From a bacterium (lineage in GTDB: Bacteria; Patescibacteriota; Patescibacteriia; Veblenbacterales; UBA10138), in contig JAGVEX010000020.1 in NCBI GenBank assembly GCA_020057885.1, positions 1 to 57,175 of the forward strand: a stretch of 57,175 nt of DNA, in the 5' to 3' direction. The notes beneath the pieces are model-generated. The model saw nothing but the letters and a program-made list of their open reading frames with translations. It was not told where the DNA came from and searched no databases. Below, piece by piece: positions 57,113 to 57,175 of this stretch. Made by a program: the position numbers and the translations under genes. Position 1 is the first letter of the stretch. Each line of letters begins with the position of its first letter.

Positions 57113-57175
57113 TTAACGGTCTTGTTTTTGATTCTTAATGTAGTTACGGATGATTGATTCGCTGACAACGCTGTG
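57113..57175 (-). CDS. C-terminal 20 codons of a gene truncated by the window end; Y1 (IS200/IS605 TnpA or RAYT)-like tail
   Basis: ...HSVVSESIIRNYIKNQKQDR*. The Y-I-K-N-Q segment fits the catalytic Y-x-x-x-Q motif found near the C-terminus of Y1 transposases. Only 20 residues are visible. Confidence 0.4.
   Translation of the reverse strand, partial: HSVVSESIIRNYIKNQKQDR

Overview
The window looks like a chromosomal segment from a small-genome, CPR/Patescibacteria-like bacterium. That taxonomic call is inference from gene content (an ECF sigma factor next to a DUF5667-type protein, compact housekeeping genes, many membrane and secreted hypotheticals). The standard genetic code applies, since long ORFs are intact.

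About 50 CDS are present and almost all lie on the minus strand:
- gyrB, pheST and a UvrD/PcrA-type helicase-nuclease
- a complete F1Fo ATP synthase operon (atpI-like, then atpBEFHAGDC)
- rmuC, a TatD-family gene, cvpA, metG, rsmI, an AI-2E transporter, an M16 peptidase and glyQS
- a Clp/Hsp100-like ATPase, a CDP-alcohol phosphatidyltransferase, recO and a geranylgeranyl-reductase-family flavoprotein
- ileS, argS, infC-rpmI-rplT, a GIY-YIG gene, tmRNA (ssrA) and smpB

No rRNA, tRNA or CRISPR array was seen.

The non-core part is a visibly more AT-rich island at about 3.7-12.6 kb. My best candidate for an undescribed system sits inside it: a self-contained operon (promoter, genes, terminator) encoding a radical SAM/SPASM peptide maturase with an RRE-like N-terminus. 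It is followed by a Shine-Dalgarno-led 31-codon ORF that is too short for the supplied track, so this is a putative RiPP cluster. A convergent APH-fold kinase and an HTH gene flank it. A 1188-aa secreted beta-helix/LCAT-like lipase lies in the same island.

Other signals not explained by the ORF track:
- paralogous structured 5' leaders on ileS and argS, with compensatory base changes
- a promoter-to-terminator candidate ncRNA downstream of gyrB
- two families of AT-rich palindromic intergenic repeats, including copies inside the atp operon
- a CDP-alcohol phosphatidyltransferase whose conserved N-terminus is reachable only through a -1 shift at an A7 run
- a membrane-anchored Clp/Hsp100 protein with a degenerate first Walker B motif
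- a 20-codon gene end at the right window edge carrying a Y-x-x-x-Q motif of the IS200/RAYT type

All coordinates and alignments were derived by hand from the sequence. No database search was run.
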